A DNA stretch of 32,000 nt. It comes from Erysipelothrix inopinata. GTDB taxonomy: Bacteria > Bacillota_I > Bacilli_A > Erysipelotrichales > Erysipelotrichaceae. Where the stretch lies: positions 30,001-62,000 of the forward strand of contig NZ_CP060715.1 in the NCBI RefSeq assembly GCF_014396165.1, given 5' to 3'. Of the stretch, positions 25,350-32,000 are shown in pieces; position 1 is the stretch's first letter; each line of letters starts with the position of its first letter. The notes under the pieces were generated by a model. That model searched no databases. It saw nothing but the letters and a program-made list of their open reading frames with translations, and was not told the DNA's origin. The position numbers were made by a program, and so were the translations under genes.

Positions 25350-25464
25350 ACCTGGCAATGAGCTATCTTCACTAGCGCTTGGCTAGATATTGTCGCCGCT
25401 AAAGTGCTTAACTTCTGTGTTCGAGATGGGAACAGGTGTGACCACTTCGCTAGAATCACCAGAT
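25350..25464 (-). rRNA. rrf: 5S ribosomal RNA
   Basis: The reverse strand reads TCTGGTGATTCTAGCGAAGTGGTCACACCTGTTCCCATCTCGAACACAGAAGTTAAGC...TTGCCAGG. It has canonical 5S boxes, and the ends pair as helix I. The ends are accurate to a few nt. Confidence 0.93.
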
Positions 25465-25486
25465 CCTGGCATTGCTGAGAGATAAT

Positions 25487-25532
25487 CTCTCAAAACTGAA
25501 TAACAGAAATTTCGATATCTTTTCGAATGTTG
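25487..25532 (-). other. 3' strand of the 23S processing stem
   Basis: 25487-25508 and 25516-25532 are near-perfect complements of 28627-28650 and 28576-28594 respectively, so they bracket the 23S. Confidence 0.7.
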
Positions 25533-25540
25533 TCTTTGTG

Positions 25541-28449
<2,909 letters not shown>

Positions 28450-28575
28450 ATGTAATTTCACGCCTGATCTATTTAAAATCAGTTTTTTATGTTTATCGCT
28501 TGATAAACGTGTGTTCGCTTATTTTTTTATTGCTTAAGTTACTGTTTGTTTAACTTGATGTAAATCTAGTTATTA

Positions 28576-28651
28576 CAACTATTCGAAAAGATATTCTGTT
28601 GATAACTTTTAATGTCTATCTATCTCTTCTGTTATTCAGTTTTCAAAGATC
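28576..28651 (-). promoter_or_regulatory. 5' strand of the 23S processing stem, including a boxA-like element in the spacer
   Basis: The sense strand contains GATCTTTGAAAACTGAATAACAGAA (reverse of 28627-28651), which resembles the Firmicute rrn boxA TCTTTGAAAACT. It is complementary to 25487-25532. Confidence 0.6.
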
Positions 28652-28674
28652 ATTCATTTCTGAGATGCTTACAG

Positions 28675-28697
28675 CCTCTCAAAACTAAACAGGAAAC
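28675..28697 (-). other. 3' strand of the 16S processing stem
   Basis: The sense strand GTTTCCTGTTTAGTTTTGAGAGG pairs with the leader segment 30350-30371 over ~22 bp, with one mismatch and one G-U. Confidence 0.65.
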
Positions 28698-28737
28698 TCT
28701 TTTGTCAATTTCACGTCTTTCTAAAATATTACTCCTT

Positions 28738-30280
<1,543 letters not shown>

Positions 30281-30349
30281 ATTCTTTCTCATTTTTTAAC
30301 TCTGACGAGTTTGTTTTGTTTTGTTTTTATTTACTTGAAATTGACGTTT

Positions 30350-30371
30350 CCTGTTCAGTTTTCAAAGACCA
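30350..30371 (-). promoter_or_regulatory. boxA-like element and 5' strand of the 16S processing stem in the rrn leader
   Basis: The sense strand reads GGTCTTTGAAAACTGAACAGG. The same core recurs in the 16S-23S spacer. Confidence 0.6.
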
Positions 30372-30403
30372 TTTGCTGCGCCGGTTTCCCTTAGCGCTTG
30401 TAC

Positions 30404-30432
30404 ATAATATCATTACCTCAACACCCTGTCAA
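30404..30432 (-). promoter_or_regulatory. rRNA operon promoter
   Basis: On the minus strand: TTGACA (30432-30427), a 17-nt spacer, then TATTAT (30409-30404). An A/T-rich UP-like tract (AAATAAAAGTGAAAAAAG) lies just upstream. Confidence 0.75.
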
Positions 30433-30461
30433 CGCTTTTTTCACTTTTATTTCAAATTTAT

Positions 30462-30494
30462 TAAAAAAAGCAGATTTTCATCTAAAATCCGCTT
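30462..30494 (-). terminator. Rho-independent terminator after the ABC ATPase gene
   Basis: On the minus strand: AGCGGATTTT agatg AAAATCTGCT (one G-U), followed by TTTTTTT. Confidence 0.8.
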
Positions 30495-30495
30495 T

Positions 30496-31281
30496 TTATT
30501 CACTAAATGAGTACTCATATTGCATAAACAAATCCATTAAATCTTGTTGATTTAGGTTTAATTTTTCTTCTTCATTGAAATCTTCAACAATATCACCACC
30601 ATGAAACATGATAAGTCGATTTCCAAAACGGAGCGCATGATTTAAATTATGGGTAACCATAATGACAGTTAGGTCATCTCTTTCCTTAATCATTTTATCT
30701 GTTAGATTCATGATTGCTTCAGAACTTTTTGGATCAAGTGCTGCAGTATGCTCATCCAGCAATAATAAATGAGGATTATTCATTGAAGCCATGAGTAGTG
30801 AAAGTGCCTGGCGTTGTCCGCCCGATAGTAATCCAACCTTCACATCCAACTTATCTTCTAATCCCATATTTAATTGAGATAGCATTTCAATATATTTCTT
30901 CTCATTCGCACGATGTCCTAACGACTTCAGATTAAACAATCTCCCTTTTAGTTCAGATAATGCTAGGTTCTCTCTAACGGTTAATGATGGGGAGGTTCCC
31001 ATTTGCGGATCTTGGTATACTCTCGATATATTTTGAAATCTCTTAAAGTCAGGTTTTTTAAGAATTGATGTTCCTTCAAAAATCACGTCACCACTATCAC
31101 TTTCAACTTGACCACAAATTACATTTAGGAGTGTTGACTTACCCGAACCATTCGATCCAATGACAGTTACAAAATCGCCCTGTTTCACATTTAAATTTAA
31201 ATCTTCATAAAGAACTGTTTCCGATACGGTTCCAACGTTAAATTTCTTCCCTATATTATGTAGTTGAATTATTCCATCCAT
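30496..31281 (-). CDS. ABC transporter ATP-binding protein (COG1101-type, partner of COG4120 permeases)
   Basis: 261 aa. GSNGSGKSTLLNVI, VYQDPQMGTSPSLTVRENLAL, LSGGQRQALSLLMA, LLLLDEHTAALDP, VTHNLNHALRFGNRLIMFHGG. Confidence 0.88.
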   Translation of the reverse strand: MDGIIQLHNIGKKFNVGTVSETVLYEDLNLNVKQGDFVTVIGSNGSGKSTLLNVICGQVESDSGDVIFEGTSILKKPDFKRFQNISRVYQDPQMGTSPSLTVRENLALSELKGRLFNLKSLGHRANEKKYIEMLSQLNMGLEDKLDVKVGLLSGGQRQALSLLMASMNNPHLLLLDEHTAALDPKSSEAIMNLTDKMIKERDDLTVIMVTHNLNHALRFGNRLIMFHGGDIVEDFNEEEKLNLNQQDLMDLFMQYEYSFSE

Positions 31282-31283
31282 TT

Positions 31284-32000
31284 TTACTGTTCCTTCATCT
31301 TTCGTCTTGGTAATTTCGTAGATAAATTATTAAGTACGATTGCTCCAACAAATATTATTACAGTCGCAAGTTTCATCATCTTAGGATCCATATTCATACG
31401 TATTGCGATCGCAATAATAAATCTATAGAGAATAGAACCCACGATTACCATAAATGTCATACTGCATTTTTTCTTCCTTAATAATAGGGTTCCTAAAATA
31501 ACTGATGCTAGACCCAGAACAACCATCCCTGTTCCCATGGAAATATCGAATGATTTTCCAACCGAAACTGCTACACCACCCGATAAGGCAACGATGCCAT
31601 TTGAAAGTGCCAATCCAAATATTTTCACTTTTCCAACATCATGACCCAATGATGCTACTAAATTTTCATTGTCTCCAGTTACTTTCAATAAGTAACCAAG
31701 ACGTGTTCTCAAGATGAAATCAATAAAAATTTTCACACCCACCACGAGGAGAACCATTACGATTAGTTGATAGTTATTTACAATAAACGATGGAGCATTC
31801 ATTGCCTCTAACCAATTTGTATCAAAGAGGTTTGCATATTTAAATAAAGCAATGTTTCCTTTACCACCAATAAGTAGATTTATTGAGTATAATCCCGTCA
31901 TTACCAAAATCCCACTTAACAATGCCGTTATCTTAAATTTAACATGGAAAATACCAGTCATCATTCCCGCTAAGACGCCTGCCAAGAGTGATGCAATTAA
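31284..32000 (-). CDS. ABC transporter permease (COG4120-like), C-terminal part; the frame stays open to the right window edge
   Basis: Polytopic hydrophobic ORF. The track's 'M' at 31985 is a TTG. The same frame continues without a stop through 32000 (..LIASL-LAGVLAG..), so the real start is outside the window. It ends 2 nt before the ATPase start. Confidence 0.8.
   Translation of the reverse strand, partial: LIASLLAGVLAGMMTGIFHVKFKITALLSGILVMTGLYSINLLIGGKGNIALFKYANLFDTNWLEAMNAPSFIVNNYQLIVMVLLVVGVKIFIDFILRTRLGYLLKVTGDNENLVASLGHDVGKVKIFGLALSNGIVALSGGVAVSVGKSFDISMGTGMVVLGLASVILGTLLLRKKKCSMTFMVIVGSILYRFIIAIAIRMNMDPKMMKLATVIIFVGAIVLNNLSTKLPRRKMKEQ

Noticed and set aside
30309-30328. (GTTTT)x3-4 microsatellite in the 16S leader.
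   Set aside because: It is very short, lies in a transcribed spacer that is removed during processing, and has no coding or promoter overlap. It may vary between strains but there is no evidence of function.

Overview
This is an AT-rich, low-GC Firmicutes-type chromosomal segment that reads as core housekeeping DNA. All 25 protein genes and a complete 16S-23S-5S rRNA operon lie on the minus strand. The only plus-strand gene is a tRNA-Ser(CGA). In transcription order (right to left) the window holds: (1) a partial permease plus the ATPase of a COG4120/COG1101-type ABC importer (31284-32000, 30496-31281); (2) the rrn operon (16S ~28738-30280, 23S ~25541-28449, 5S ~25350-25464), with a ~290-nt 16S-23S spacer that carries no tRNA; (3) a lone 1072-aa SWIM/SNF2 ATPase (22001-25219); (4) a tightly packed eight-gene array, tsaE-tsaB-rimI-tsaD-rex-asnS-(Amidase_3-like membrane protein)-(ABC-F ATPase), from ~21847 down to 14147; (5) a PPi-type phosphofructokinase (12791-13999); (6) oppABCDF (12593 down to 6947); (7) tRNA-Ser; (8) a V-type ATPase operon in the order x-C-I-K-F-E-A-B (6550 down to 1, with B cut by the window edge). 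The 16S signature strings look Erysipelotrichia-like to me, but that is recall and needs a database search. I found no CRISPR array, transposase, integrase, prophage, toxin-antitoxin, restriction-modification or recognisable defence genes. I do not see a convincing novel multi-gene system, and all interest scores are deliberately modest. The observations most worth a second look are: the orphan SWIM/SNF2 ATPase, bracketed by two near-identical ~30-nt terminator modules whose stem core recurs at two more 3' ends; a 22-bp-arm inverted repeat that starts on the pfk stop codon; a membrane-anchored Amidase_3-like protein whose metal-ligand motifs look degenerate, embedded in a translation-themed operon; and rex sitting inside that same operon.
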